A DNA stretch of 64,000 nucleotides from Sedimentisphaerales bacterium (GTDB taxonomy: Bacteria; Planctomycetota; Phycisphaerae; Sedimentisphaerales; Anaerobacaceae). The DNA is taken from the NCBI GenBank assembly GCA_963708075.1, contig OY970194.1:992001-1056000 (forward strand), in the 5' to 3' direction. The notes below the pieces were generated by a model. That model did not search any database. It was not told the origin of the DNA and saw nothing but the letters and a program-made list of their open reading frames with translations. The position numbers were made by a program, and so were the translations under genes. Below, in pieces: positions 39,261 to 50,255 of the stretch. The stretch's first letter is position 1. Every line of letters begins with the position of its first letter.

Positions 39261-41660
39261 CTACTGTCCCTTCACGAAACCGACGTGGTCGAGGAGGATG
39301 ACGGCCGATCTTGTCCGGTCGAAGCGGAAACAAATCCGGCTGAGGAGGGTGGGATTGAACGCCGGGGTGACATCGATGAAGTCCGACAGTGGAATCTCAT
39401 AGGTTTGGAGCACGGGCTCGGCGGACGACTGATAGCGCATCCGTTCCCAGTGCGGCCATTTCGTAAATGTCACCTTGAGGACGCGCTGGAGTGGCCGGAT
39501 GTGACTAAGCGGCAGCTCCGCCGTCGATCCGTCGGACGCGACAAGCTCCACGGTGAAATCAATTGACGCATTTGGGTCGTCCCCCGCCGTCTCGCTAGTG
39601 GGCTGGTTCACGTCGTTGGGATCGGCGGTCTCAGACGGCTGTTCGGGCGTCACATCCTTCGGCGGGTCACAGCACTCGCCTGTATCCGCAAGGCAGAAAG
39701 ATAGCAGAGTGCGAGGCTCAAGTTGCCGCCGGCGAGCGAACTGCTCCGGCAGCGAAACCGTGTAGCTGGGGACCGCGTCGGACGTATCCTGTGGCTTGTG
39801 TCCCATGTTCCAGCCGAGGACAACCGCGTAATCGCGGAAGGGCCAGCCGCCGCGTCCCTTCATCTCCTGGTGCCGCCACGTACCCAGGTTCGTGCCGGCC
39901 TGCGAGCCGCCTGGGACGGTGGTCTCTGTAACGTCGATGGATTCATCAAACGTGGTGACGGGCGTAAAATTGGAGTCCTCGAAACGGCTGATGTAGATCG
40001 TGTCGGGCAGCCATTGTCGGGCGCAGCCGTGATCCCGAAACATGGGGATGTATTCGTTCCCGCCCCGCAGAGTCGCATCGAGGAACGCCGAGATGTACGT
40101 CTTGGCGATTGCCTGCTGCTGGACCTCGCTCAGCAGGGCGGCGCGCGCCAGGACATGTTTCAAAGGCGGGCCCAGGTCGTACTTGCCCCAGACGGTATTG
40201 AACTGGCCGTGATTCGCCCTGTAGATATACAGGGCCGCCTTCATCCAGTAATTGCCGTCGTTGAACGCGATTCGCCGGAAGGTGCGTGAGGCGGCGAAGA
40301 AATCGACGTCGGCGTCGTGGCTGCCCTGCAGGGCCAGGTAGTTGATGTTCTCAACGGGTACCGGCCGGCCCATCGGCTCGTACTGGCCGTCGATGGGGGC
40401 GATGGCGATGAGAGCCTGGATCGCGAAACCGAAGTCGAACCGCACGTTGGCGTCGTCCGGGTAATGCCTCAGTCTGTTGAAGGCTGCCGCGTGCAGGATG
40501 GCCTCGCCGCCGCGGGAGTGACCGATCAAAGCGATGTTCGAGAGGTCCGCCTTGTGATAGAAGGGGTTCTCCTCCTGCTCGTTCCATGCCCGCCACAGTT
40601 CCAGGTGCTTGAGCAGGAGCCAGCCGCGCGCGTCATTCTCTCCGCCGAGATCGCCGGACCAACTGAAATTGAGGAAGTTCTCGTCGATGGAAGCCGCAAT
40701 GTACCCTCGGCTGGCGAGCAGTTCTCCCAAATATGCGTAGCCTGGATCGGAGAATTCCTCCATCTTATGATTGCCGTGGACCATGAGGACGAGTGGGAAC
40801 GGGCCGGCCCCCTTGGGGAACCACACTCTCGCATTGAGAGGAACACGGTTTGGCTCAAATCCCCAGTATCGCTTGCGGGCCCATCCTTTGAAACCCTTGG
40901 GGTTCGCGACGAACACCGAGGCATCGACCGGCTCTGTCTTGAGGTCCGTCCGTGCGCCATACTCCGGACGACGCCGGTCCGTGCCGCTGCCGTAGAATGA
41001 AGTCGCTATCTCGTAACTGCCGGTTTGTGAGGGGTTGGGTGCGTCGAGTTGGGGTACAGGATGGCGGGCCGCCGCATGAGTGTCTTTGATGAACTGGTCT
41101 TGTCCCGGCCTCGCCAGCCAGGAGATGAAAGAGATTGCGATGGTGACGGCAAGTAGCAGCATGAGCGAGGCGATGGCGGCGTGGATCATGCCCGTGCGCC
41201 CGGGACTTCGCCGCAGGAGGATCGAGACGCCCGCACCGCCCAATCCAAGGAACACGATAAGCGGCCCGCCGAGACGGATAGCGAGATCCGGATCGAGCCC
41301 GAAAGGGTCTCCCATCGCGACGAGGATGCCGAACGTGGCGAGGACTACGGCGACGAAACGCAGGGGCATACGCCGGATGATGGCCAAAATGAGTATGAGA
41401 AGCAGGGTCGCCAGGGCAAAGGCAATGGCGCCGACGAACAGACAGCCGGCTACGTCGACGGCTGTTCCAAGGCCGGTGCCCATACAGAAGCCGCCATATG
41501 TCGGGAGGAACAGGGCGGCGATGATCAGTCCGACAGCGGCTCCGGGCCACGCGAGGCCGCAGAACCGTGTGCACGCTGTCATGCACCTCCGCAGGAAGCC
41601 GATCAAGCGGCGTACGATGGATTGCCATAGTCCCATGGAACCCTCCGATGACCGAGGCAT
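39261..41660 (-). CDS. Membrane-anchored alpha/beta hydrolase
   Basis: About 5 N-terminal TM segments; PLVLMVHGNH, GHSRGG nucleophile elbow, DADV, ANHGQFN. Confidence 0.85.
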   Translation of the reverse strand: MPRSSEGSMGLWQSIVRRLIGFLRRCMTACTRFCGLAWPGAAVGLIIAALFLPTYGGFCMGTGLGTAVDVAGCLFVGAIAFALATLLLILILAIIRRMPLRFVAVVLATFGILVAMGDPFGLDPDLAIRLGGPLIVFLGLGGAGVSILLRRSPGRTGMIHAAIASLMLLLAVTIAISFISWLARPGQDQFIKDTHAAARHPVPQLDAPNPSQTGSYEIATSFYGSGTDRRRPEYGARTDLKTEPVDASVFVANPKGFKGWARKRYWGFEPNRVPLNARVWFPKGAGPFPLVLMVHGNHKMEEFSDPGYAYLGELLASRGYIAASIDENFLNFSWSGDLGGENDARGWLLLKHLELWRAWNEQEENPFYHKADLSNIALIGHSRGGEAILHAAAFNRLRHYPDDANVRFDFGFAIQALIAIAPIDGQYEPMGRPVPVENINYLALQGSHDADVDFFAASRTFRRIAFNDGNYWMKAALYIYRANHGQFNTVWGKYDLGPPLKHVLARAALLSEVQQQAIAKTYISAFLDATLRGGNEYIPMFRDHGCARQWLPDTIYISRFEDSNFTPVTTFDESIDVTETTVPGGSQAGTNLGTWRHQEMKGRGGWPFRDYAVVLGWNMGHKPQDTSDAVPSYTVSLPEQFARRRQLEPRTLLSFCLADTGECCDPPKDVTPEQPSETADPNDVNQPTSETAGDDPNASIDFTVELVASDGSTAELPLSHIRPLQRVLKVTFTKWPHWERMRYQSSAEPVLQTYEIPLSDFIDVTPAFNPTLLSRICFRFDRTRSAVILLDHVGFVKGQ

Positions 41661-41664
41661 CGGT

Positions 41665-43647
41665 TTACCTCTCTGACTCGCGCAGAGCTTCAAACCGGCG
41701 CGTAACCCGCTTGCCGGCCTTCTCGTTTCGGGCTTCGATGACTACTGTCAGACCTGATGACGGGCGAACGTTCTCCATAAACAGGCCATCCTCGGCCACG
41801 GGCAAATCCCTGCCGTTCACGGTGATCCGCGTGCCGGGTTCGACCCACCCGCGCACGTCGATAGACGCATCATTCGCTACTTGTGAATGCTCCATCGGAT
41901 TGGTCTGGACGATCACCCGCGGCGATTGATCGAGGTCGAGAATCTCGCGGATAACCTGTCCCTTGGCCGCATAGAGCACGTTAGGATCGTTGCTGTAGTC
42001 GGCGGTCGCCCGAACCACACTGGCGGCGATTTCGAGGCTGCGCTGTGACGGCTCGATCAGGGACGAGACGCGGGGGCTCATGGCGTTCTTCATCTGCCGG
42101 ACTTTGTCTTCGAGCAACCAGAGGTACTCGTAGTCCTGGATGCCGTTTCGCATCTGCTCCCATCGCAGCGAGTCCAGCAGCCCGCCCTTTGCGGGGTAGA
42201 CATGCCAGCCGTCGCCCCGGTGCTGGCCCGGCGCCTCGAACGGATCGTCGGTCCAACTGTTATATCCCCAGTGCAGATAGCCCTTCAGGCCGAAGCGATA
42301 ATTGAACCAGTGCAAAACGCGAGATTGGATGAGCGGGACATCGACGGTCTTGTTCGGATAAACGCCGGCTTGAAAAATGCCGACCGTATAGAGCCACATT
42401 TCGCTGCCCGACTTCTGAGCATCTGTGTACGCCTGCTGCCACGTGGCATAGTGATCGATCTTGGGAACCCAGATTTCGAGCCGGTCCAGGCAGTGAGGGG
42501 TCTCGATGGCATCGATCCGCCGCAGACGGGGGCCGTGGCGATGCACGAAGTCCGAGGCTTCTCTCCAGTCCATGACATTGTGGTTGGAGGGCTCGTCCGC
42601 GATGTGAAAGACTGTCTTATCGAGCCAGCCGCGTTCCTGGAGGTGCTGTTCCAAGGCGGGCAGAAACAGCGGCAGAAACTCCTTGCCGGGCACGGTTACG
42701 GATGTTCTCGCCGCTTCATCCTGGACGCGAAAATCGCGCAGCACGATCGTCCGGCTGGACCAGTCGCCCTCGCCGAACCGGGCGACAAAACCGGTTTCGA
42801 GCAGGTCCATCTGCCCCGTGCTCCAGAAGACATCGGCCCATCTGTCGAATCGGGAGAAATCGAACGTCAACTTGCCGTCCTTGTCCTTCGTTGCCCTGAT
42901 GAGATCGAGGGACACGCGAAAGACGTTCTGCCGGTGGTCCGCCATGTTGCGGGCATAGACGCCGAGCATTCTGTAGAACGCATCGGAATCGGAGGATTCG
43001 ACACCGTGGAACTGCTTGAATCGATTCGTGGAGTACCACAGAGTGGCCATCAGGTGACGCTCCTTCGGAAGCGTCAGCGGGTACACCGTGAGGGTCAGCG
43101 GCAGCGTTCTTTCTCCCTCGCGTGCGCGAAAGGCCACGGTGCCCTGGTAGTCGCCGGCGCGGGCATCACGCGGGATGTGGATGGTCAGGTAAACGGCCTG
43201 GTACCGGCCCGCCTCAACAGCCATTTGCTTCGCGTCAGACAGGTAATCGGGAAAGCGGGCGGGAGCCGGGCGGATGACCTCGGACTTACGGTGGTTCGGC
43301 GAGTTCTCGGCAACTGCAATCGAGCCCACGAAGTTCCAGGCCACGGCATCCGGCGGCAGGGTGGCATCGCCATCTATAGACTTCAGTGGACTGACGGAGA
43401 CTGTAAGGTCTTGAATGGCTTGCCGTGCCTTTATGACGTACTGAGCACTGACGACCTCGCCCCGGATGCCAAACACCTCAATCTGGTCCTGCGGCGGGGG
43501 ACACTGGTACCCGTCTTCAAAGACCCGGACGAGGTCGGTCACGGCAAAACACTCGAATGCCGCTTCCTGCCCGAGACACCATGAGCCGCAGGAAATGACG
43601 AAAAGCGCGAGTGCAAGTCCGTACCGTCTGATTGTGCGCATACCCAT
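41665..43647 (-). CDS. GH123-like / DUF4091 glycoside hydrolase
   Basis: IADEP, GYLHWGYN, SLRWEQMRNGIQDYEYL; signal peptide. Confidence 0.82.
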   Translation of the reverse strand: MGMRTIRRYGLALALFVISCGSWCLGQEAAFECFAVTDLVRVFEDGYQCPPPQDQIEVFGIRGEVVSAQYVIKARQAIQDLTVSVSPLKSIDGDATLPPDAVAWNFVGSIAVAENSPNHRKSEVIRPAPARFPDYLSDAKQMAVEAGRYQAVYLTIHIPRDARAGDYQGTVAFRAREGERTLPLTLTVYPLTLPKERHLMATLWYSTNRFKQFHGVESSDSDAFYRMLGVYARNMADHRQNVFRVSLDLIRATKDKDGKLTFDFSRFDRWADVFWSTGQMDLLETGFVARFGEGDWSSRTIVLRDFRVQDEAARTSVTVPGKEFLPLFLPALEQHLQERGWLDKTVFHIADEPSNHNVMDWREASDFVHRHGPRLRRIDAIETPHCLDRLEIWVPKIDHYATWQQAYTDAQKSGSEMWLYTVGIFQAGVYPNKTVDVPLIQSRVLHWFNYRFGLKGYLHWGYNSWTDDPFEAPGQHRGDGWHVYPAKGGLLDSLRWEQMRNGIQDYEYLWLLEDKVRQMKNAMSPRVSSLIEPSQRSLEIAASVVRATADYSNDPNVLYAAKGQVIREILDLDQSPRVIVQTNPMEHSQVANDASIDVRGWVEPGTRITVNGRDLPVAEDGLFMENVRPSSGLTVVIEARNEKAGKRVTRRFEALRESER

Positions 43648-43696
43648 AATGACCTCCCTGTCATAGATTCTCATCATCTATCCTGAGGACGGCCGA

Positions 43697-45013
43697 TCAG
43701 CCGTTGAGGACCCAGCCCTCGCGATATTGCCTGGTGATGTACTTGTCGGCTTCCGGGCAGTTCGTGGCTCTGAGGTTCTTCGCATCCCAGTCGAGCTTCT
43801 GCCCAACGCGATAGGCGACCAGGGCCAGCAAATTGTTCTCGATCATTGCGCCTGCATAGTCGAAGTTGCACAGGGTCGGCTTGCCGGTCTTGCAGCCGAT
43901 GATCCATTCCTGGTGATGGCCCGGCGACGGCGGGATCAGTTCTTGCGGTTTGGGCGAGGCATAATGCGTCATGTCGCCCATGGGCATGAGGATGCGGTAA
44001 TCGTAGTCGCAGAGGAGATAGCCTTTGTCGCCGTGGAAGAGGACGCCCTTGAAGAGCTTGCCGCGGTTGAAGGCCTCGGAGGGCACGCCGGGCTTCTTCC
44101 CGCCGTCGTACCAGTTGACCTTCACGGCAGGCCGCCAATCGTTGGCGGGATGGTCCCATTCAGCGGTCAGCCACTGTGGGCACGTGTCGGAATTGACGGG
44201 GGTTCCTTCGGCCTTGCAGGTGGTGGGCAGTCCCAGGTCCAACGCCCAGTACGCCATATCCATCATGTGGCTGCCCATGTCGCCGATCTGGCCGCTGCCG
44301 AAGTCCCAGAAGCGGTTCCAGGCCAGGCAGCCGCCCAGGTAGCCGGGATTGAAGGGGTGGAAGGGCGCGGGGCCGAGCCAGAGGTCCCAGTTGATGTGCG
44401 AGGGGACGGGCTCCGCCGCCGGCAGATAGCTTCCGCCTTCGGGCGTGCGGCTGCACCAGACGTGGACTTTGTCCACGGCGCCGATCGCGCCCCGGCGGAT
44501 CAACTCCACCATGCGACGGTAATTGTCGCTCGCGTGAATCTGGGTGCCCATCTGCGTCGCGAGCTTGCCCTTGTTCTTGAGGTACGTATCACGAACGAGA
44601 CGGGCCTCCTGCACGCTGTTGGCCAGCGGCTTTTCGCAGTACACGTGCTTTCCTCTGTTCATCGCCCAGACATTGACGAAAGCGTGCGTGTGATCGGTCG
44701 TCGCGCAGACCACGGCGTCGATGTCCTTCTGGTCCAGGCACTTGCGCCAATCGGCGTACGTCCTGGCCTGCGGGAACTTCTTGGCCGCCGCGGCAAGGTT
44801 CTTTTCGTTGACATCACAAAGTGCGACGATGTTCTCGCTTTTGACCTCGTTGAGGTCGTCGCCGCCCCGGCCGCCGACGCCGATTGCGGCGATATTGAGC
44901 TTCGCATTCGGTGAGTTCCCTGCCCTGAGGATGCCCGACTTGAGAATGGTAATCCCCGTTCCAAGCACGGCACTATGCTTTAGGAACGTACGACGATTGA
45001 CTTTCTCTCTCAT
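43697..45013 (-). CDS. Gfo/Idh/MocA oxidoreductase with Tat signal
   Basis: NRRTFLK, GVGGRG, TTDHTH, YCEKP, GDMGSH. Confidence 0.93.
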   Translation of the reverse strand: MREKVNRRTFLKHSAVLGTGITILKSGILRAGNSPNAKLNIAAIGVGGRGGDDLNEVKSENIVALCDVNEKNLAAAAKKFPQARTYADWRKCLDQKDIDAVVCATTDHTHAFVNVWAMNRGKHVYCEKPLANSVQEARLVRDTYLKNKGKLATQMGTQIHASDNYRRMVELIRRGAIGAVDKVHVWCSRTPEGGSYLPAAEPVPSHINWDLWLGPAPFHPFNPGYLGGCLAWNRFWDFGSGQIGDMGSHMMDMAYWALDLGLPTTCKAEGTPVNSDTCPQWLTAEWDHPANDWRPAVKVNWYDGGKKPGVPSEAFNRGKLFKGVLFHGDKGYLLCDYDYRILMPMGDMTHYASPKPQELIPPSPGHHQEWIIGCKTGKPTLCNFDYAGAMIENNLLALVAYRVGQKLDWDAKNLRATNCPEADKYITRQYREGWVLNG

Positions 45014-45257
45014 GGATCTTCTCCTCGATTGGAAACCAACTGGTCTGTGGTTGTTGACGGCCAATCATGGTAGCAGAGTACCCTCGCCGCGCGGGCAGTT
45101 CAATGTTTTTCCAGCTCGCGTCGCGAGTAGCAGGCAGGATAATGAACGTTTGACGCCGAGCGGAGTAGAAATGATAATATGCCCGGCATGGGTGTCCATA
45201 CAGGTCCTGACGGCCGACGTGGCTCAGAGGACCAGTTCTGGGGGGACGCAAAGCCAT

Positions 45258-45908
45258 ATGACGGACAACCAATGTGACCACGAGCGAGGTGTACGGGCAG
45301 TCTTGCCGTGCACTGTCCTTGCGTTCTTTGCCTTGTGTGGGTGCGCGACGCAGCGTGTTACCAACCCGGAGCGGACGGCCACGGAGCAGTTCCTGCTGTC
45401 CCAGGCCGTGGTGCAGGCGGTCGAGCCCCTGAGTTTCGAAATGCTCCACGGCCGTCGGGTGTACGTCGACGACCGGTTCTTTGGGGCATCGGAAAAGGCA
45501 TTCGTCCTCGGGGAGCTTCGAGCCAGGCTGCTGCTGGCGGGCGTGCAGCTCTCGGCGAACGAGCAGACGGCCGAGATCATCCTGGAGGTTCGAAGCGCGG
45601 GCGTCGGGATCGACCGCTATGACAGCATCGTGGGCATCCCCTCCTTCGGCCTGTCATCGCTGGCGACGGCGGGGGCAGGGGCTGCGCCTACTGCCGGCAT
45701 TCTTACCCCTGAGCTTGCGATCGTGAAGGAGATCAAGCAAGTGAGTTTCGCCAGTGTGGCGTACGTTGCCTACTGGACGAACACGGGCGAAGTGGTCGCC
45801 AGCTCCGGCCCGTCGCTTGGCAGGGCATACCGTGACGACTGGTGGGTATTCAGTTTCGGTCCGCGCACCATCGGCTCGGTCCCGCCGGTCGATCATCATA
45901 TCGAATGA
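45258..45908 (+). CDS. Lipoprotein (DUF6655-like)
   Basis: Lipobox LCGC followed by RTATEQFLLSQAV. Confidence 0.7.
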   Translation: MTDNQCDHERGVRAVLPCTVLAFFALCGCATQRVTNPERTATEQFLLSQAVVQAVEPLSFEMLHGRRVYVDDRFFGASEKAFVLGELRARLLLAGVQLSANEQTAEIILEVRSAGVGIDRYDSIVGIPSFGLSSLATAGAGAAPTAGILTPELAIVKEIKQVSFASVAYVAYWTNTGEVVASSGPSLGRAYRDDWWVFSFGPRTIGSVPPVDHHIE

Positions 45909-45926
45909 CATTCTTCTGAATGAACC

Positions 45927-48900
45927 ATGGTACGCTGGAAAATCATCATTCCGATTGCATTTGTCATTCTCGCCGCGGCCGGTGCACTGGCGATCCACCT
46001 GATCCTGCAGAGTGAACTGGTAGGCGAAGTCGTTCTTGCGAGGGCGAGCGAACGCCTCGGCATGGACGTGACCGCCAAATCACTTCACGCAGGATGGGGT
46101 GGGGAAACGGTCATCCGAGATCTGGCCGTCACAATGCCGCTGACCAACGAGCTTATTCTGTCCGCGGAAACAGTACGGCTCTCGCATGCGGCCGTTCCAT
46201 GGCTTGTGCTGGGCCGACCCTTCCACCTGCGGTCGGTGGAAGTCGAGAACCCTCAGGTGAATGTGCACCGGTATGAGAGCGGCCGCTGGAGTGTGCAGGA
46301 TGTGTGGACCCGCCTGCAGACCGCCATGAAGTCACCAGAGCGGGCTCGAAGAGTTGCCTTGCCGCGGTTTGCAGTTCGTGACGGCCGGATCCATATTGCC
46401 GGTCCCAATGAGGTGACGCAGACGCTCGGCCCGATAGAGTTTCAGGCCCGCCCGCAGGGACAACTCCTCTGGACATTCGATCTGGAGCTGCCCTCGATGG
46501 CAGGGATCGAGGGCCAGCTCCTTCAGGGCAGGGATTGGGCGCACGAAGTTGGCTTTACCGTTGAAGAGATTGGTCCTCTGGTGCGTCAATTCTCCCGGCG
46601 CGATCTCTCGCCTGTTGCCGTATCGGGGCGGTGGCAAGGCCGTGTTGTGGGGAACGCTCTGAACGGAACAATCCAGCTCACTAACGCCACAGTAGGCCCG
46701 GCTGCTTTGCGGGGAGAAATCCGCGTGGAGGCGAGCCGTAACGCCGTCACACTTCAGCCGGTGCAATTGCTCCTGAGCGACCCAAACATGGAGAATGAAG
46801 GAATCCACCTCACCGCTGGTGCGATTCGGATCACCCGCGATGCGGTCACGGTGGAGCAGCTTGCGGCGAAAAGCGGCACTCTGGCCACCTGGCTCGACGG
46901 CCGATGGGATTTGGATACCCGAGCGGGGGAGTTCGCAGGTTCCTGGGCTGCCGGGTCCGGCGGCGATTCGCAGTATCGCGGCGTCTACAAAGGCACCCTG
47001 CAATCCCCGCGGTTCGGCCGCGTGGAACTCGATGCAGCGCTCAGCGCGCAGGCCCGGACTGCCGCCGGCAACTGGACCATGGCGGCGAATCTCCAAGGCG
47101 CAGGGCTCAGTTGGCAGCAATCCGAATGGCGGGTGTCGGTCCCTCAGGTTGCCTGGTCTCGCAATGACGCGAAGGCGGAAATCGCCCATGCCACTGCGCA
47201 GATCGATGTCAACTGGCCTGTGATCCAGTTGACGTCTGTGCACATTCCCAACGCACGGAAGACGAGCGGCGGTGCGGAATTTCATGCTCGGACCCACCGC
47301 TGGTCCATGCACCTCGAGGCGGATGCTCTGCGTCCGGGGATTGCGGGAGTGGATGACATCGACTTTCGCTTGAGCGCCCGAGGCGATCATCGGGAGGCGC
47401 TTATCTCAGAGCTTCGGGTGGCGGCAGGCGCGAGGGTTGTCGAGGCGAGGGGTGAACTACTGCTGGCCGGACGCGTGCTCCGTAATGTGTCGATTTCGGC
47501 CGACTGGCCGGCGGAGCCTGTCGAGCCCGGACAGCCGCAAAGCGTCTATCCCGCTGAACGATGGCACTTGAAAGCCGGCATGTCGGGCCGGATTCACCCG
47601 CTGGCCATAGTGATTGAAGGTGATCTGACGGGGCGAAATGTACCCGTCGGGAAACAGATGGTCCCGCGGGTGATGATTCCGATTCGCGCGAACGCCGGCG
47701 ACGAACAGGTCCAGGTGACGACCGATCCGTTCGAGTTGCTGTCCGGCCGGTGGCAGTTGGCCGGGCGGCATGAGCTATCCAGCGGATTGACGCAGGTCAA
47801 CATGGTCGTTGACGAGTTGTCCTTGAAAGCGGCCGCAGGTATCGCGGGCTCTCCGTTCGCTTCCGAGGGTACGGTGAATGCCCAACTGCAATTGGCCGTG
47901 CCGGGTGTTCAGATAGAGCAGGCAGTCGCCACGGGCAAGTGGACCGCGGAGGACATCCGTATTCCGCCCTTGGAGGCCGAGAAGGCGCGCGGCAGGATTC
48001 GCATCGGCGGCGGCCTGGCCAGGTGCGAAGACATTGAGTTGGAGCAGGGAAACGGCCGGGCTCACGCCAACATGGAGTTCCGGCTCAGCCGCCCTCAGGA
48101 CGTGATCGTCGAGTTCACGACGGAGTCGTGGCCCGTGCGGTTTGAAGAGCATCCGCTGGCGATTCTTGCGGACAGCCACGCGAACCTTCATGTGGATGTG
48201 ATCCGCAGGATGGTGGAGGGACAGATGCGATTGTCCGGCAGGGCTTGGTTCCGGGATCGAGACTTCGCCCGCGTGCGCCTGGATGCGCTTGTGGATGGAC
48301 GGACCCTGGAGGTGCAGGACCTGTATGTGGAGACCCTCGGCGGCTCGGTGGAGGGCGCGGCACGGATTGTGCTGGATCACTGGGGCGATAGCACGGCTAA
48401 CCTGACCTGGCAGGAGATTCAGCCTCGCTCCCTTGAACAATTGTGGCCGCAATTCCACAAGTGCGTGGGCGAGGTCTCCGGCCGCCTCGTGGTCGAGCAG
48501 ACCAGTGAACAGTCGCGTCCGCTGGGCCCCATGCGGTTCATGGTGGAGGCTCATGCTGCAGGCGGGCGATACGGGCCGGCGGAAGTCAGCGGTTGTCACG
48601 TCGTCGGATACCTGGACGGAAACCGCATGGTGATCAACGATGGGACTGTGGAGGCGTTCGGCGGGCGGATCAATGCGCGGGGCAGTGTCAGCAGGCATGC
48701 ACTCGCCTACCATGCTTCCGCTATTACCGACTTCAACAGCCTGGATTTGGATCAGCTTGTCCACGTGGTCGATCCGAACGCGCGCGAGCACATTGGCCTG
48801 GTCACGGGCAGGATCAGCCTGCTGTCCTCCCTGGATCAGCGCACGCTCAGCGGGCAAGGCGATATCCGGCTGACACGATCCGATCTTATCGACAACAGGG

Positions 48901-49301
48901 CCATTGCGATGCTGTACAGTGCTCTGAATCTGAACATTGGAGGCCGAGAGCCGAAGGGCACGGGAAGAATCCAAGTCCTGCTGGAGGGCTCATCGCTGAC
49001 GATTCCGAGCTTCGAGTACTTTAATCGGGGCATCGAGATTCGCGGGGCCGGTCGGATCGGCGATGTCTATGCCGGCGACGAAAGCCCCGTCAAAGGGTAC
49101 GCGGTCGGGTCCACTCGCGTGTTCAAGGGAATCTCGCTGCCGGGCGTGCGATCGCTCGACCGGCTTATGGCCTCCCTGCAAAGCGGCGCCGCCGCCGTGC
49201 AGATCGCAGGCACGCTCGATGATGTTGAGGTCAAGACCATCCCGCTGCCCAGCATCAGCGGAGACCTCCGCCGGCTTCTGTGGGCGCAACTGAGGGAGTG
49301 A
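45927..49301 (+). CDS. AsmA-like / TamB-like periplasm-spanning protein
   Basis: Single N-terminal TM anchor and 1100 aa of beta-rich repeats ending ..VQIAGTLDD.. Confidence 0.7.
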   Translation: MVRWKIIIPIAFVILAAAGALAIHLILQSELVGEVVLARASERLGMDVTAKSLHAGWGGETVIRDLAVTMPLTNELILSAETVRLSHAAVPWLVLGRPFHLRSVEVENPQVNVHRYESGRWSVQDVWTRLQTAMKSPERARRVALPRFAVRDGRIHIAGPNEVTQTLGPIEFQARPQGQLLWTFDLELPSMAGIEGQLLQGRDWAHEVGFTVEEIGPLVRQFSRRDLSPVAVSGRWQGRVVGNALNGTIQLTNATVGPAALRGEIRVEASRNAVTLQPVQLLLSDPNMENEGIHLTAGAIRITRDAVTVEQLAAKSGTLATWLDGRWDLDTRAGEFAGSWAAGSGGDSQYRGVYKGTLQSPRFGRVELDAALSAQARTAAGNWTMAANLQGAGLSWQQSEWRVSVPQVAWSRNDAKAEIAHATAQIDVNWPVIQLTSVHIPNARKTSGGAEFHARTHRWSMHLEADALRPGIAGVDDIDFRLSARGDHREALISELRVAAGARVVEARGELLLAGRVLRNVSISADWPAEPVEPGQPQSVYPAERWHLKAGMSGRIHPLAIVIEGDLTGRNVPVGKQMVPRVMIPIRANAGDEQVQVTTDPFELLSGRWQLAGRHELSSGLTQVNMVVDELSLKAAAGIAGSPFASEGTVNAQLQLAVPGVQIEQAVATGKWTAEDIRIPPLEAEKARGRIRIGGGLARCEDIELEQGNGRAHANMEFRLSRPQDVIVEFTTESWPVRFEEHPLAILADSHANLHVDVIRRMVEGQMRLSGRAWFRDRDFARVRLDALVDGRTLEVQDLYVETLGGSVEGAARIVLDHWGDSTANLTWQEIQPRSLEQLWPQFHKCVGEVSGRLVVEQTSEQSRPLGPMRFMVEAHAAGGRYGPAEVSGCHVVGYLDGNRMVINDGTVEAFGGRINARGSVSRHALAYHASAITDFNSLDLDQLVHVVDPNAREHIGLVTGRISLLSSLDQRTLSGQGDIRLTRSDLIDNRAIAMLYSALNLNIGGREPKGTGRIQVLLEGSSLTIPSFEYFNRGIEIRGAGRIGDVYAGDESPVKGYAVGSTRVFKGISLPGVRSLDRLMASLQSGAAAVQIAGTLDDVEVKTIPLPSISGDLRRLLWAQLRE

Positions 49302-49314
49302 CGGAGGACGATGG

Positions 49315-49346
49315 GAGGGTAGGAAGGTGAGAAGGTGAGAGGGTAA
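49315..49346. repeat. 4 x 8-bp imperfect tandem repeat between convergent genes
   Basis: GAGGGTAG GAAGGTGA GAAGGTGA GAGGGTAA. Confidence 0.6.
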
Positions 49347-49361
49347 GAGCCGGGGGGCCTT

Positions 49362-50255
49362 CTATCTTCTCGTCGTTGCCGCGCGCGGAGCCCGGTTCGT
49401 GAGATAGACGCCCAGGACGACGAGGGCCGCTCCTATCGCAAGGGATAAGGTCATCGGCTCATGGAGAATCACGCCTGCCAGGATCACCGCGGAGATGGGG
49501 ACGAAATTGATGAACAGCCCCGCCCGGGTCGGACCAATCGCCTTCACGCCTTCGTAGTACCATACGAAACCAATGACGGTCCCACATACAGCCAGGTACA
49601 CAATCGATGTCCAGTCAATCAATGACGCCTGGCGGAGACTCGATGCGAGATCGTCATAGAAAACGGCCGGCACGAACAGAGCGGCGGCGCCGATGAGAGA
49701 CGAATAGGAAACAGCCACGAGCGGCGAAAGGCGGTGCATGACGACTTTACCGATCAGCGAGTAGGCGACCCAGCTCAGCACGCAGCCGAGAATGAACAAT
49801 TCGCCCAGACCGACGCCGCCGGTGGCAAGCCGGCTCAGGTGGCCTCTCGAAATGACGACGACGGCCCCGAGCACCGACAGGGGGATGCCAATGGCCTTGG
49901 TGAGACTGAACCGCTCCTTGAGAAGGACTGTGGACGCGACTGCGATGAACGCCGGACAGGTTGCGACGATGAGTGAAGCCCGGCCGGCCTCGATCAGCCG
50001 CAGTCCCTTGAAGAAGAGCACGTTATAAGCGAAGACGCCGGTCATTCCCAACAGGACGATGGGAATGATCTGGCCCCTGCCTGGCAGCGGGAGCCGACCT
50101 TCCCGTATCCGTGTGAGGCTCAGCAGGAACACGGAAGCCACAGCGAATCGCAGGAACGCGATGCTGAATGGCCCGAGGTTCTGGGAGACCTGCCTTCCGG
50201 CGACGAACGTGCCGCCCCAGAAGACGGCCGTCAGCACGAGCTTGACGTACATCAT
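49362..50255 (-). CDS. DMT/EamA-family transporter
   Basis: FWGGTFVAG, two EamA repeats, about 10 TM segments. Confidence 0.92.
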   Translation of the reverse strand: MMYVKLVLTAVFWGGTFVAGRQVSQNLGPFSIAFLRFAVASVFLLSLTRIREGRLPLPGRGQIIPIVLLGMTGVFAYNVLFFKGLRLIEAGRASLIVATCPAFIAVASTVLLKERFSLTKAIGIPLSVLGAVVVISRGHLSRLATGGVGLGELFILGCVLSWVAYSLIGKVVMHRLSPLVAVSYSSLIGAAALFVPAVFYDDLASSLRQASLIDWTSIVYLAVCGTVIGFVWYYEGVKAIGPTRAGLFINFVPISAVILAGVILHEPMTLSLAIGAALVVLGVYLTNRAPRAATTRR

